From the NCBI GenBank assembly GCA_964423175.1, contig CAYRDM010000001.1, positions 1 through 39,846 on the forward strand: a stretch of DNA of 39,846 nucleotides, written 5' to 3'. Positions 10,085 to 19,458 of the stretch are shown here, one piece after another. The notes below the pieces were generated by a model. It ran no database searches. It saw only the letters and a list, made by a program, of their open reading frames with translations, and had not been told where the DNA came from. The translations under genes were made by a program, and so were the position numbers. Numbering within the stretch: position 1 is the first letter of the stretch; each line of letters starts with the position of its first letter. This stretch comes from an uncultured Candidatus Saccharibacteria bacterium. GTDB taxonomy: Bacteria > Patescibacteriota > Minisyncoccia > 2-02-FULL-40-12 > IGHO2-01-FULL-4-A.

Positions 10085-11608
10085 CTACAATCCAAAAACA
10101 AAAATATCAGAACCGACAGCAATCGCCACGTATTGTTTCCCTCCAACAGAATACGTCATCGGCGAAGCAAAAATTCCTTTCCCTATACTAAACTGCCATA
10201 ACTTATCGCCTTTGGAAGAATCCAAAGCAATGATGTTTCCACTGGCATCTCCAGAAAAAACCAAACCACCAGCGGTGGCTAAAGTTCCTGCCGCCATTGG
10301 TCCTTCGCGTTTCATGGGATGTTCCCAACGGATATCTCCACTCTTGGGATCGATGGCCCTCAAAAAATACTCCCCCGACTCCATATCGCAATGTTCCAAG
10401 GCAACAACATAAAAAAGTTTTTCTACCGGATTATAAGATGGCGACATCCAATTGGTGGCACCCACTAATCCTGGGCAAACACCTTTCTCAAGTCCCTCGT
10501 CAGAAAAATTCATATTAGCAACTTCAATTGGCCTGCCCGATAGATCTAAACCTTTTGCCCAGGTCATCCTCTTAACAAACGGCGTACCAGAAAGAAACTC
10601 ACCACTTACTCTATCGATAACATAGAAAAATCCATTTCTATTTGCCTGCAATATGACATCTCTGTTTTTACCCTTCCAAAGTATATTCGCAAGCACTGGA
10701 TATTCTGTAGCATCCCACTCCCGCATGTCATGAGGACTGAATTGAAAATACCACTTAAGCTCCCCGCTATCGGGATTGAGAGCAAGAATACTGTCTGAAT
10801 ATAAATTATCACCTGGACGAGCCTTACCATTAAATCCAGGTCTAGGATTTCCAGTCGGCCAATACACAAGATTCAGTGACGGATCATAAGTCCCATTTAT
10901 CCAAGTTGAGGCCCCACCGACTTTATCAATGTTTTCGCCCCAGGTTTCAAAATGAAGCTGTCCCTTTTGAGGTACAGTCCAAAATCTCCAAAGCTCCTTA
11001 CCATCGACTGCTGAAAATGCAGCGATAAAACCTTTGGCATTATCTTTGTCACAAGAAACGCCGACCAATATCTTGTCTTTTATGACGAGCGGGGCCAGGG
11101 TGCAGTAGTTGCCATTCTTAGAATACCCGTACTTTTTAATCCAAAGTATTTTGCCGTCAATATTTGAAACAGCAACTAGGTTACAACTAGCCGTCACTAT
11201 AAAAACCTTATCGTCTAAAACGGCAACTCCCCTGTTTGAACCGAGCTCGCCGTAACTAGACATTCTCCAAAACCACTTAAGCTCCCCCTTGGCAGCATCT
11301 AAGGCCTGTATCTCATATGGACCAGTTACGTACATGGTTCCATTGTGAACCAGCGGCGTTACACGAAGATTGGAAACATTGTCTAAGTGATGTGCCCATC
11401 TCGGCATAAGCAAGGCGACATTTGTTCTATTAATATCGCGAAGCGGACTGAATCTAGTACCGGCATAATCCCCAGAATAAGTAAGCCAATCGCTATTAGG
11501 ACTTTCTAAAATGTCTTTATATGTAGCAATCTTAACATCGGCAAAAGATAGACAAAACAAAGAATACAAAATGCAGAACAAAACCGCTAAGCTTCTCGAA
11601 CTTTTCAT
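10085..11608 (-). CDS. secreted PQQ-dependent-dehydrogenase-like 8-bladed beta-propeller protein
   Basis: Signal peptide. N-terminal WLTYSGDYAGTRFSPLRDINRTNV resembles quinoprotein alcohol/methanol dehydrogenases. Blade motifs A-D-x3-G-x-x-W repeat (ALDAAKGELKW, AVDGKELW, NPDSGELKW, DPKSGDIRW, DSSKGDKLW). Confidence 0.75.
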   Translation of the reverse strand: MKSSRSLAVLFCILYSLFCLSFADVKIATYKDILESPNSDWLTYSGDYAGTRFSPLRDINRTNVALLMPRWAHHLDNVSNLRVTPLVHNGTMYVTGPYEIQALDAAKGELKWFWRMSSYGELGSNRGVAVLDDKVFIVTASCNLVAVSNIDGKILWIKKYGYSKNGNYCTLAPLVIKDKILVGVSCDKDNAKGFIAAFSAVDGKELWRFWTVPQKGQLHFETWGENIDKVGGASTWINGTYDPSLNLVYWPTGNPRPGFNGKARPGDNLYSDSILALNPDSGELKWYFQFSPHDMREWDATEYPVLANILWKGKNRDVILQANRNGFFYVIDRVSGEFLSGTPFVKRMTWAKGLDLSGRPIEVANMNFSDEGLEKGVCPGLVGATNWMSPSYNPVEKLFYVVALEHCDMESGEYFLRAIDPKSGDIRWEHPMKREGPMAAGTLATAGGLVFSGDASGNIIALDSSKGDKLWQFSIGKGIFASPMTYSVGGKQYVAIAVGSDIFVFGL

Positions 11609-11682
11609 TTTAATCGTCCTTTTTTAAAATAACTACGTTACGATGTTCTACCACTTTTATTACCATCCGTCAAAATATAAAA

Positions 11683-11699
11683 CCCGCTTCATTAGCGGG
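11683..11699 (-). terminator. intrinsic terminator after the Cys-rich gene
   Basis: Minus strand CCCGCU-AAUGA-AGCGGG followed by UUUUAUAUUUU. Confidence 0.6.
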
Positions 11700-11706
11700 C
11701 TTAAAA

Positions 11707-11979
11707 TTAAGTCTGACACTTGGTACGGCACTTGCAATGGTCTTCGAAACATCTGTTACCACACCTTTTATCTCGTTCGGGTTTACCGTCCTTTGTACAT
11801 TCACGGAAACATTCACAATTCCTGTCTTTGCCAACATTGTGGCATTCGACCTTCCCTCCCAGAGGGCCATGAGGACTGTCTGGGTTAGGATCTTTGGGAA
11901 TTTGAAAAGGCGGGGCCGCCGGTGCAGCGACTACAGCCAAAATCAATAAAAAAGATAGCGCCAATACCCTGGCATTCAT
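11707..11979 (-). CDS. secreted cysteine-rich small protein (90 aa, 10 Cys in the last 45 residues)
   Basis: ATG at 11979 is preceded by GGAG 7 nt upstream. It has signal peptide MNARVLALSFLLILAVVAAPAA and a C-terminal CxC-x3-C ... C-x3-C-x4-C-x-C-x3-C pattern. Confidence 0.6.
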   Translation of the reverse strand: MNARVLALSFLLILAVVAAPAAPPFQIPKDPNPDSPHGPLGGKVECHNVGKDRNCECFRECTKDGKPERDKRCGNRCFEDHCKCRTKCQT

Positions 11980-12049
11980 TTGTTCACTCCAATAAATAAA
12001 AGATCTAACATTCAATAATTTAGCACCTGATAAGAGGTTGTCAAGCAAA

Positions 12050-13114
12050 TTATTTCCGCCAAATTATCAGAGCTAAAAAAAATAAAGAAGGGAATCCCAG
12101 AACTTCCCACCAAATTTCACGCCTATCATTGGAATAAACCAATCTCGGTAAATAAGAACGATTTGAATCAATAGAGTTTTTCAATAACCTTAGCGACTGC
12201 ATATAAACTTTTTCGGAATCCAGAACAAGTGCTTGTCCGCCGGTTTGATCAGCCAACATGGCCAAATCTTTTGTCGATACCTTCGTATCAAGACTTATTT
12301 TCTCAACAGGCTTTGAAGGATCTTTTGAATCCCTCGCCTGTATCGAAACTTTGGAGCCGGAAGAAGTTCCGATAGCAACGGTATATAATTTTATTTTTGC
12401 TTTCTTGATTGCTGCAATTCCTCGAGCTAAGTTTTCTTCAGCCTCGTTATTGCCATCACTTAGAAATATACCGACCCTCGTGTTGGAGTACTTTGACATC
12501 TCCAAACCAAAAGGATTATTTTTTGCAAAAATTTCCTGTTTATTGAGGCACATGGGCGCGTATTCAAGAGCTTGCGTATAGTCTGTACTTAACTGGGACT
12601 CCTCTATATAAACGTCAGGGTGTTCTACCTCCTGAACCTTAGAAACAAAACTGGGGTAATCCTCAGATAAAGGCATTCGCCAAATCGTATTCTCACCAAA
12701 AACAAAAAGAGTAATTCTGTCGCCCGGTTTTAGGTACCCGACGACATCAATTGCGACCTTCTTGGCCAGCTCTTGTCGAGAGGGTTTAATATCATCCGCC
12801 TTCATTGAAAAAGAATAATCCATCCAAACAATGACATCGACATTGCCGCCCTGACTTATTGTGAAACCGTTTACAACATATGGCCCCGCCAATGCAATCA
12901 CCGAAAAACAACAAATAATTATAAGCATCGCCCACATGAAATCTTTTCCCAAAATCGGAAAATTTGAGTATTTTGATTTTGCAGGCCTGAAAAAATGCTT
13001 TAAAAATACGACAGCGAGCAGGACCAAAACCATCAGAAAAATAATTTCAAAAAATCTTAAAAATCCAGGTGTGGAAAAATGTAACAAGTCCAACCACTGA
13101 TTTAGGTTTTTCAT
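12050..13114 (-). CDS. membrane-anchored von Willebrand factor A (VWA) domain protein, BatA/BatB-like
   Basis: N-terminal TM helices, MIDAS-type DYSFSM (DxSxS), a C-terminal TM, and a start 3 nt from the upstream stop. Confidence 0.75.
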   Translation of the reverse strand: MKNLNQWLDLLHFSTPGFLRFFEIIFLMVLVLLAVVFLKHFFRPAKSKYSNFPILGKDFMWAMLIIICCFSVIALAGPYVVNGFTISQGGNVDVIVWMDYSFSMKADDIKPSRQELAKKVAIDVVGYLKPGDRITLFVFGENTIWRMPLSEDYPSFVSKVQEVEHPDVYIEESQLSTDYTQALEYAPMCLNKQEIFAKNNPFGLEMSKYSNTRVGIFLSDGNNEAEENLARGIAAIKKAKIKLYTVAIGTSSGSKVSIQARDSKDPSKPVEKISLDTKVSTKDLAMLADQTGGQALVLDSEKVYMQSLRLLKNSIDSNRSYLPRLVYSNDRREIWWEVLGFPSLFFLALIIWRK

Positions 13115-13116
13115 TT

Positions 13117-13860
13117 CTACCCCGGCCTGTAAGTTCCGCTCTTCGGCTTGCCCGGTTGTTCCGGACTTTCTTTTCCGTCCTTCAAATCATGCCCCTTGGG
13201 ACCTTCACCTTTGTCTTGCCCTTCGCCTTTTTTATTTTTGCCTCCCCTGCCTAATACAACCCTGACTTTTTGGGGTTTGGGCATAAGGCCGCGAGCCAAT
13301 GCATTCGGATCTGTAACAAGGTCATAATTCCATTTGGGGGAGATGCTGGATTTTTGATCTTTTTTTATGCATTCGGCATAATCCTCCTTCAAAGCCGCAG
13401 CCATCTGAACAGATTTAAGGGCGGGCTCAATGCGAATGGTCGAACTAGATAAATTTTGCTCAATAAGACCTTGAGCAGTGCGCCATTTAGCATTAGCTCT
13501 AATAAAGTGTGCGTAAAAATCTTCATCATCCTTAAGCTGGTCGATTACTCTCTCATAATTTCCGGTCATGTAATCATATGCAGACTCGTAATATCTGAAA
13601 TCCTTGAATAGATATTTGTTTGCAATAAAATCCAGTCCTGCAAACTCCAACTTCTTATTGAGATCTGGGAAATGTCTAAGATCCTCCAAATTATCCCTTA
13701 CCGCCAATTGATCGCCGCGAGAAACAGCTCCGCTGTATGCGTCCAAGCTTTTATAAAATTTGCTCACCTGCAATAAGGAATAACAAAACGCGAAAGAAAC
13801 AACTATAACCGCCAGGGATATCAAAAGTCTTACTAAGGTGAATCTGTTAGTCTTTTTCAC
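13117..13860 (-). CDS. membrane-anchored hypothetical protein with Gly/Lys-rich C-terminal tail (positionally BatC-like)
   Basis: GTG start with GAGG 7 nt upstream and one N-terminal TM. The helical middle may be TPR-like (not verified). The tail is low-complexity KGEGQDKGEGPKG. Confidence 0.45.
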   Translation of the reverse strand: MKKTNRFTLVRLLISLAVIVVSFAFCYSLLQVSKFYKSLDAYSGAVSRGDQLAVRDNLEDLRHFPDLNKKLEFAGLDFIANKYLFKDFRYYESAYDYMTGNYERVIDQLKDDEDFYAHFIRANAKWRTAQGLIEQNLSSSTIRIEPALKSVQMAAALKEDYAECIKKDQKSSISPKWNYDLVTDPNALARGLMPKPQKVRVVLGRGGKNKKGEGQDKGEGPKGHDLKDGKESPEQPGKPKSGTYRPG

Positions 13861-13939
13861 TAATCTACCTCATCTAAATTGTAAAATAACTTACGGAAAA
13901 ACTATCACCAAATTAAAAAATTGTCGAATACCGACAATT

Positions 13940-15106
13940 TTATATGACTCTTGAAAAAGTCCAAAGAACAAACCTCAAAAAAATAGCTAACAAACTAAAA
14001 AAGATTGCCAAGACAAGAAAGGTCCTGTAAATATGCACCTCTACGACATAGCTTTTAGCCTTGATCAACGAAGTCTGAAGCTCATCCAATTTTCTTTTAA
14101 TTCGCTCCATTGATGCACGATCTTTGGCCAAAAAGTATTGTCCTCCCGCCTCTTTAACTTGATTGAACAGAATATCCGGGAGTTTTGCATTAGGAGAATT
14201 CTCTCCATGAAATCTCTTCTCGGCCTCTCTATCCGGATCTATAAAAATCAGATAAGGAATAATGTTTCTTTTTTTTAATTCAATAAATTCTTTTTCAGGA
14301 TCTCTGTCCGCTGCACCATCTGTTAAAATTATTATAGATCTTTTTTTAACTGAAGGGTTCGCCCTAATTTCCTCGCTAACTTTTTTATCACCCTTGTAAT
14401 CAAATAAGCGCATTGCCGTATCTAGACCCAGGGAAAGATCGGTTCCTCCTTCAAAAGGAATTTTCTCGAAATCCTTCAACACAAAAATATCAGGGAAGGT
14501 TTTGGGGGCGCTCTCATCAGCCGTGACGATAGGTCCCGTAGCAACAGAGAAGAGAAGGCTATTTGTATCTGTTGTAAATTCTGAATAAATTCTTGGCTCA
14601 GAAGCAAAAATAATATATGCGGACCTGTCGCCCCTTTCTCTCCGTCCGGAGATGAGCTCCATCAAAAAATCTTGCAGAATCTCACCCCTGGGGCGGTCAC
14701 CCATTTTAAAACCCATCGAAACAGAGGTATCGCGCAAATAAATTATTTCTCTGACTTCTTTGATTTTTTCATACTCGCTGTGTTGCAAAAAGGGGTCACC
14801 AGTTGCAATTAGGACACAAGCACAGGCAAATATTGCGATGACTGTTGGTAGGTTTCCAAAAACAAAATATATCGCTCCCGGCCTATCTTTTTTGTTAAAA
14901 AAATATCCGGAATGGACTAAGAAGCTTTTATCTTCTTTACCACGCAAAAGCGCAGAAGAAAGTTTTAATAAAAAGGCCACTACAATAAAGATCGTGGCCC
15001 CGACAAGAAAACTCTCTCTCTTGAAATGAATTTCTGTCCAGTTTAAGACAGATAAATCTTCGTAACAATTTCTAAATAACTCTAGCGACTTATCTATACT
15101 AATCAT
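13940..15106 (-). CDS. membrane-anchored VWA domain protein, BatA/BatB-like
   Basis: Two N-terminal TMs, DTSVSM (DxSxS MIDAS) and a C-terminal TM. ATGA start/stop overlap with the upstream gene. Confidence 0.75.
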   Translation of the reverse strand: MISIDKSLELFRNCYEDLSVLNWTEIHFKRESFLVGATIFIVVAFLLKLSSALLRGKEDKSFLVHSGYFFNKKDRPGAIYFVFGNLPTVIAIFACACVLIATGDPFLQHSEYEKIKEVREIIYLRDTSVSMGFKMGDRPRGEILQDFLMELISGRRERGDRSAYIIFASEPRIYSEFTTDTNSLLFSVATGPIVTADESAPKTFPDIFVLKDFEKIPFEGGTDLSLGLDTAMRLFDYKGDKKVSEEIRANPSVKKRSIIILTDGAADRDPEKEFIELKKRNIIPYLIFIDPDREAEKRFHGENSPNAKLPDILFNQVKEAGGQYFLAKDRASMERIKRKLDELQTSLIKAKSYVVEVHIYRTFLVLAIFFSLLAIFLRFVLWTFSRVI

Positions 15107-16185
15107 CTTGCGCCTCCAAAGATTTTAAATCTTTTAAATAGGTTCGCGAATAGGAACCAAAACGAATTGGCTCTCTTAAGGTCTTCGGCCAGTTGCAAAG
15201 AAGAATTTATATCATCGAGTAATATACCGGACTCGGCAGATTCGTATAAGAGCTCCCCCTGACGGTTCAAAGATCTAGCAAGCTCCAAAAGAATACTTCT
15301 TTGATCTTTGTTTATCACCTGAGAAATTTTTAAAATAAGTTCTTCGTGATTTTCTGAACCCAAAACTCCAGGAGTGTAAATAACAATAAACTTAGACAAC
15401 TCATTACAAAGTTTTCTTCTTAAAAGAGAAGTTGTCTCAGACGTTTTTGTTTTGCTTTGCAGGGCCAGTTCTTTAAGCTCATAGATCAAATTATCCAAAG
15501 CCTCGCCAGAAGTCGGCTTCTCTTTTATTTCATCGACAGGAGCCGACAAAACACTAACGGTGCCCAGACTAAATATCTTACTTTGTGCAAAAGAAGATTT
15601 AAATAAAATCAGGATGGCGCTGATAAGCCCCAGTCCAAAAATAGAAAAGGCCAGGACTTCGAAAATAATTTCCCGATTCCTAAAGGAACCGAAATTGATA
15701 TCATCCATTATATCGTTTGCCTCTTTAGTCAGGACACTATCATAACGAAGGCTCACGCCGGGAGAAATAAATTGCATGACTTCTAACTTGTCAGGCGACT
15801 TACCGGCCTCTTTTTTAACGTATTTGAATATCTGCGGAGATATTGCGACTTCGCCTTTCTTAATATCAACAAGCCTCAAATAATAAACCAAATCAAAATA
15901 ATTTTCTTCTTTATATCTGCGCTGATTTATTTTTATAATCTGCCGACCCTTAACCGGGTCCAATTCAAAAGGAGAAAATAACATGTTATCCGGTCTGATC
16001 TCATCAAGAACCAATTCATAACCGTCTAGATATCCGACAGTATAGGTCACTTTGATTTCTTGCCAGTTTGTAAAAACAGTTGAAGAAACAACTGGCCTAA
16101 AAACAATTAGCGGCGACTCTTCTTGGGCCCAGATATTAATGCTAAATAAGAGGAGTATGAAGAATAACAGCAATCTCCTAATCAT
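15103..16185 (-). CDS. BatD-like exported protein with a C-terminal-half TM segment
   Basis: ATG at 16185 follows GGAG by 6 nt. Signal peptide MIRRLLLFFILLLFSINIWA and an internal TM (FEVLAFSIFGLGLISAILILF). The assignment rests on position and architecture only. Confidence 0.45.
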   Translation of the reverse strand: MIRRLLLFFILLLFSINIWAQEESPLIVFRPVVSSTVFTNWQEIKVTYTVGYLDGYELVLDEIRPDNMLFSPFELDPVKGRQIIKINQRRYKEENYFDLVYYLRLVDIKKGEVAISPQIFKYVKKEAGKSPDKLEVMQFISPGVSLRYDSVLTKEANDIMDDINFGSFRNREIIFEVLAFSIFGLGLISAILILFKSSFAQSKIFSLGTVSVLSAPVDEIKEKPTSGEALDNLIYELKELALQSKTKTSETTSLLRRKLCNELSKFIVIYTPGVLGSENHEELILKISQVINKDQRSILLELARSLNRQGELLYESAESGILLDDINSSLQLAEDLKRANSFWFLFANLFKRFKIFGGAR

Positions 16186-16287
16186 AGTAAACTCCAATTT
16201 GTAAAGGTTCGCTGGGGAAAGAATAAAAGAAACTACAAGGCTGGTCAAGGCCGTAAACCCTGCGCCCAGAAAATAAGAATAAAAAAA

Positions 16288-16305
16288 GTCGGGCCTTAGC
16301 CCGAC
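16288..16305 (-). terminator. intrinsic terminator directly after the DUF58 gene
   Basis: Minus strand GUCGGGC-UAAG-GCCCGAC followed by U7 (A-run 16281-16287 on plus). Confidence 0.7.
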
Positions 16306-17255
16306 TAGACTGATACAGCCTGACGCTCTGATAAAAATTTCGCCAGCTGGTTAAAATGCTCACCATAATTTACAACGACAGAGTCAACTCCAATTTTAGA
16401 AAGTCGCCTACGTAAAGACTCCCGCTTATTCTCAAACTCCTTGCGGACTGAAACTGCAGATTTTGCTTTTATTTCTTGTAAGACACCGGTTTCAGCATCT
16501 TTCACCATAACGACTCCTAGCCTATGCCGCCAGGAAAACTCTCTCGGTTCATCTAAAAAAATCATTACTACATTGAAATTGTTAATCGCTGAGAGATCCC
16601 TAAGGATTTTAAAATTCAATTCGGATTGTCCGCTAATCAAATCTGTAAAATCGGAAAAAATAACAATTGAGCACTGCCTTTTTGAAAACCTACGGATTAA
16701 AAAATCCAAGGCCTTATTTACATCTGATCGACTATCACCAATCTTATTTTCAGCTTCCTTGGCATCAAATGCTTTTGCATGTTTTTGCAAAACACTCGAG
16801 AGATAATACATCCAATTTGAGCCGAGCTTTGGGGGTAAACAAAAATGAATCTTGTCAGAAAAGCATACAACGCCGACTGGATCTCTCAAACGGCTGGCAC
16901 CCAAACCCATTGCACCAATCGACTGAAGCATTGTCTTAATCTTTCCAGATCTTTCGCCTATCTGAACAAAAATTGAGGGAGAAATATCTGCCACAAATAT
17001 AAGAGGCGCCTGCCTCGACTCCAACATTTCAAGAATAAAAACTTCATCGGGCCAAGTAGCCAAACTTGCCTCTAAGTCGATATTTTCCATTGGTTCGCCT
17101 TCTTGCCACTGGCGAATATTATGTATCTCGTAGCCATAGCCGGCTCTCCGACTCTTATTCTCGCCTAAAATAATATTTCTAACCTTACCCCTGTGAATAG
17201 GCTTCGTAATCGCCATCATTTCGGAAAAAAAATCCTTGTTGTCGTCGATTACCAT
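16305..17255 (-). CDS. DUF58 family protein (VWA-like fold; usual MoxR partner)
   Basis: SRRAGYGYEIHNIRQWQEGEPMENIDLEASL resembles the DUF58 core G-x-G-x-EF...R-x-Y-x-x-GD...IDW. ATGGTAA overlap with the moxR stop suggests translational coupling. Confidence 0.7.
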   Translation of the reverse strand: MVIDDNKDFFSEMMAITKPIHRGKVRNIILGENKSRRAGYGYEIHNIRQWQEGEPMENIDLEASLATWPDEVFILEMLESRQAPLIFVADISPSIFVQIGERSGKIKTMLQSIGAMGLGASRLRDPVGVVCFSDKIHFCLPPKLGSNWMYYLSSVLQKHAKAFDAKEAENKIGDSRSDVNKALDFLIRRFSKRQCSIVIFSDFTDLISGQSELNFKILRDLSAINNFNVVMIFLDEPREFSWRHRLGVVMVKDAETGVLQEIKAKSAVSVRKEFENKRESLRRRLSKIGVDSVVVNYGEHFNQLAKFLSERQAVSV

Positions 17256-18448
17256 TCCGGCAACTCCGTAAGGTCTAGGACCTTTTGAAAAATTTCTTCT
17301 TTAGTAGTAGTAAGTTCCAAACCAGGAGCAAGACGTAAGCGGTGCGCGATAACTTCTGGCGCCACGGCTTTTACATGTTCCGGCTTAATAACCATGCTTC
17401 CGGAGAAAAACGCTCTAACTCTGGCAGCGGCCTCCAAATGGAAATTAACTCTAGGACTCGCGCCTATCTGAATATTCTCTCGAACAAACTCCACCAATTC
17501 CGGAGGATCGTTAACACCCTCGTTCTTATCTCGTGAACTCGGCGGATTAGTATTTCTCAAAAGCCTGGTGATGTAATCGTTTGCAGGAGATTTTTCTAGC
17601 AACCGTACATTGTTAAAAATATAATGGGCACAAGCCAACAGCTCCGCCAAATTAGTAACCGGGCTGATTGATTTGCCGACAACGTTCTTTGCTCTTATTT
17701 TTTTCTCGTCGCCGAAATTCGGACGGCCGATGTTAATAGAAAGGGTAATACGATCTAAAAGTGCCTGCGGATTGGGATACGTTCCCTCTTCATCTCCAAA
17801 AGGATTTTCTGTAAGGGCCACTTGGAAAAATCTTGGAGAAGAAAAATCTGTATATACTCCGGTGATCGGAAAAAATGGCAAAGCCTTAACCACCAAATCC
17901 TTCTCATCGACATACTCGTTTCTTGGCGTCAAAGAACGCTCTTCCATAGCCTCCACAGCAGAAGAGAAGGTATTCTGTCTCATACGATTTGCTTCATCTA
18001 CAAGAACCAGGTGAGACAGCAAGGGGCCAGGTTCAAAAACAACCCTACGTTCACCTCTGAGATTTTGGACAAATCTCGAGCCGCCGGTAATGTGCCGCGG
18101 CATCATCTCAGGATCACCCTGAATTCTAGATGCCATGGCATCGATGGACAAAGCTATCGATTGCTCCAAATCGGTTTTACCGATACCAGTCTTACCCCGA
18201 AACATAAGATGTGCTTGCCCCAGTCTTTTTGTACCTTTTTTGGGCTGGCTGGGATCGCTTTGCACTTTGTCGGAATACGGCAAAAGTATAAACAAAGCTT
18301 CCACTCTCTTTCTAATTGCTTCGTCCAATCCATAGAGCCACGTCGAAACTTGCTCATTTATTCTGTTTTTAATCTCCAGGATTCTCTTTTCACTAATTTC
18401 CCTGGACATTCTTTCAATATCGATATCTCCGGGTGCTTGAAAACTCAT
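17249..18448 (-). CDS. MoxR-like AAA+ ATPase with a roughly 90-aa N-terminal extension
   Basis: Walker A GKTGIGKT; Walker B/MoxR signature LVLVDEANRMRQNTFSSAVEAMEE. ATG 18448 is preferred over TTG 18487, which has no SD and lies next to a possible -10 box. Confidence 0.8.
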   Translation of the reverse strand: MSFQAPGDIDIERMSREISEKRILEIKNRINEQVSTWLYGLDEAIRKRVEALFILLPYSDKVQSDPSQPKKGTKRLGQAHLMFRGKTGIGKTDLEQSIALSIDAMASRIQGDPEMMPRHITGGSRFVQNLRGERRVVFEPGPLLSHLVLVDEANRMRQNTFSSAVEAMEERSLTPRNEYVDEKDLVVKALPFFPITGVYTDFSSPRFFQVALTENPFGDEEGTYPNPQALLDRITLSINIGRPNFGDEKKIRAKNVVGKSISPVTNLAELLACAHYIFNNVRLLEKSPANDYITRLLRNTNPPSSRDKNEGVNDPPELVEFVRENIQIGASPRVNFHLEAAARVRAFFSGSMVIKPEHVKAVAPEVIAHRLRLAPGLELTTTKEEIFQKVLDLTELPEW

Positions 18449-18533
18449 GTGTAATAATACCTCTTTGTAAAAAAACTCTTTGACCAAAATTATAGAATAA
18501 GAGCATCGCTGTCAACTCAAAAACAAAATAAAA

Positions 18534-18552
18534 AGCCCTTACCAAAAGGGCT
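18534..18552 (-). terminator. intrinsic terminator after the S1-type protease gene
   Basis: AGCCCTT-ACCAA-AAGGGCT hairpin with a U-run on the minus strand. Confidence 0.6.
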
Positions 18553-19393
18553 ATTTCACATTAAGCGCCTGCGGCAAAAGCTTTATAAGCTCAGAAATCG
18601 AAACCAAATGAAAAGTAGTCCAGGGATGATATTGGGCTTTGCCGTCTTCTGTTATTTCAAGATAGCCGCCAACCTCTGAAGAATTTATACCCACAACCTC
18701 TTCTCTATCATTCACAGTGGGTCCGCCGCTTAATCCGCCAAAAGAGAAATGATGGTCTTTTTTCATCTTTAATTCTATGTAAGAAGATGTGACATCGGCC
18801 AGCATCTTTGACGAACCGCCTATTTTTTTATTTTCAATTCTTTTATCTAGATCTGAAATTTCTCCTTCCAAATTGTCATAAACGAACTCGCCATCCCTGC
18901 CAAGTATAAAATAATAGCCACGCATCAAGGGCAACAAGCGGCCAGCATCCTGATACTTTTTGGGGTGGGGGTGTATTCCCCTGGTAAAAGTCTTATCGCC
19001 TTTATTTATTTTTGAGGCGAATTTGTAAGGTTCCGGAAAATCAGAAGGATCAAAAGGCCCATCTATCTTTATTATACCGACATCTGTTATGGGCGGCAGC
19101 TTTAGCAAAAAAGCATTGTAGACCCTGCCGTTGAAAAAAATCTTACAAACGTCTCTGGCTTGGATCCCAACATGTTTTGCGGAAGCAAATAACCCACGCT
19201 CCTTATCAATTAGAAACGCTGTGCCCATGGCATACGGCGCGCCGTTTCTTTCTTTGACAAAAAGGGCTTCTTTAATTTTAAAATCCTGCTTATATACATT
19301 CGGCCTCTTTTTATCCTGGCCATTTGCCGAAAACAAAAACTGAGTAAAAACAAGCAAGATCACAAAATATTTTCTTTTAAAAAAACTGTCCAT
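18551..19393 (-). CDS. secreted trypsin-like (S1/S1C-type) serine peptidase
   Basis: ATG 19393 follows GGAGG by 5 nt. Signal peptide, GTAFLID...SAKHV (His region) and GGLSGGPTV (catalytic Ser motif). Confidence 0.7.
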   Translation of the reverse strand: MDSFFKRKYFVILLVFTQFLFSANGQDKKRPNVYKQDFKIKEALFVKERNGAPYAMGTAFLIDKERGLFASAKHVGIQARDVCKIFFNGRVYNAFLLKLPPITDVGIIKIDGPFDPSDFPEPYKFASKINKGDKTFTRGIHPHPKKYQDAGRLLPLMRGYYFILGRDGEFVYDNLEGEISDLDKRIENKKIGGSSKMLADVTSSYIELKMKKDHHFSFGGLSGGPTVNDREEVVGINSSEVGGYLEITEDGKAQYHPWTTFHLVSISELIKLLPQALNVK

Positions 19394-19423
19394 AGAACCT
19401 CCGCTCAAACCGAATCTTACATC

Positions 19424-19452
19424 TTGAAAATTAAGCAGTAAAATTGTATAAT
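19424..19452 (+). promoter_or_regulatory. putative promoter of uvrC (would yield a leaderless mRNA)
   Basis: TTGAAA (19424-19429), 17-nt spacer, TATAAT (19447-19452). The ATG at 19459 lies 6 nt after the -10 box. Confidence 0.5.
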
Positions 19453-19458
19453 GTCAAT

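Noticed and set aside
18489-18515. A promoter for moxR (TTGACA ... TATAAT).
   Set aside because: It is not listed as a feature because the spacer is only 15 nt. It was used only as weak support for preferring ATG 18448 over TTG 18487.
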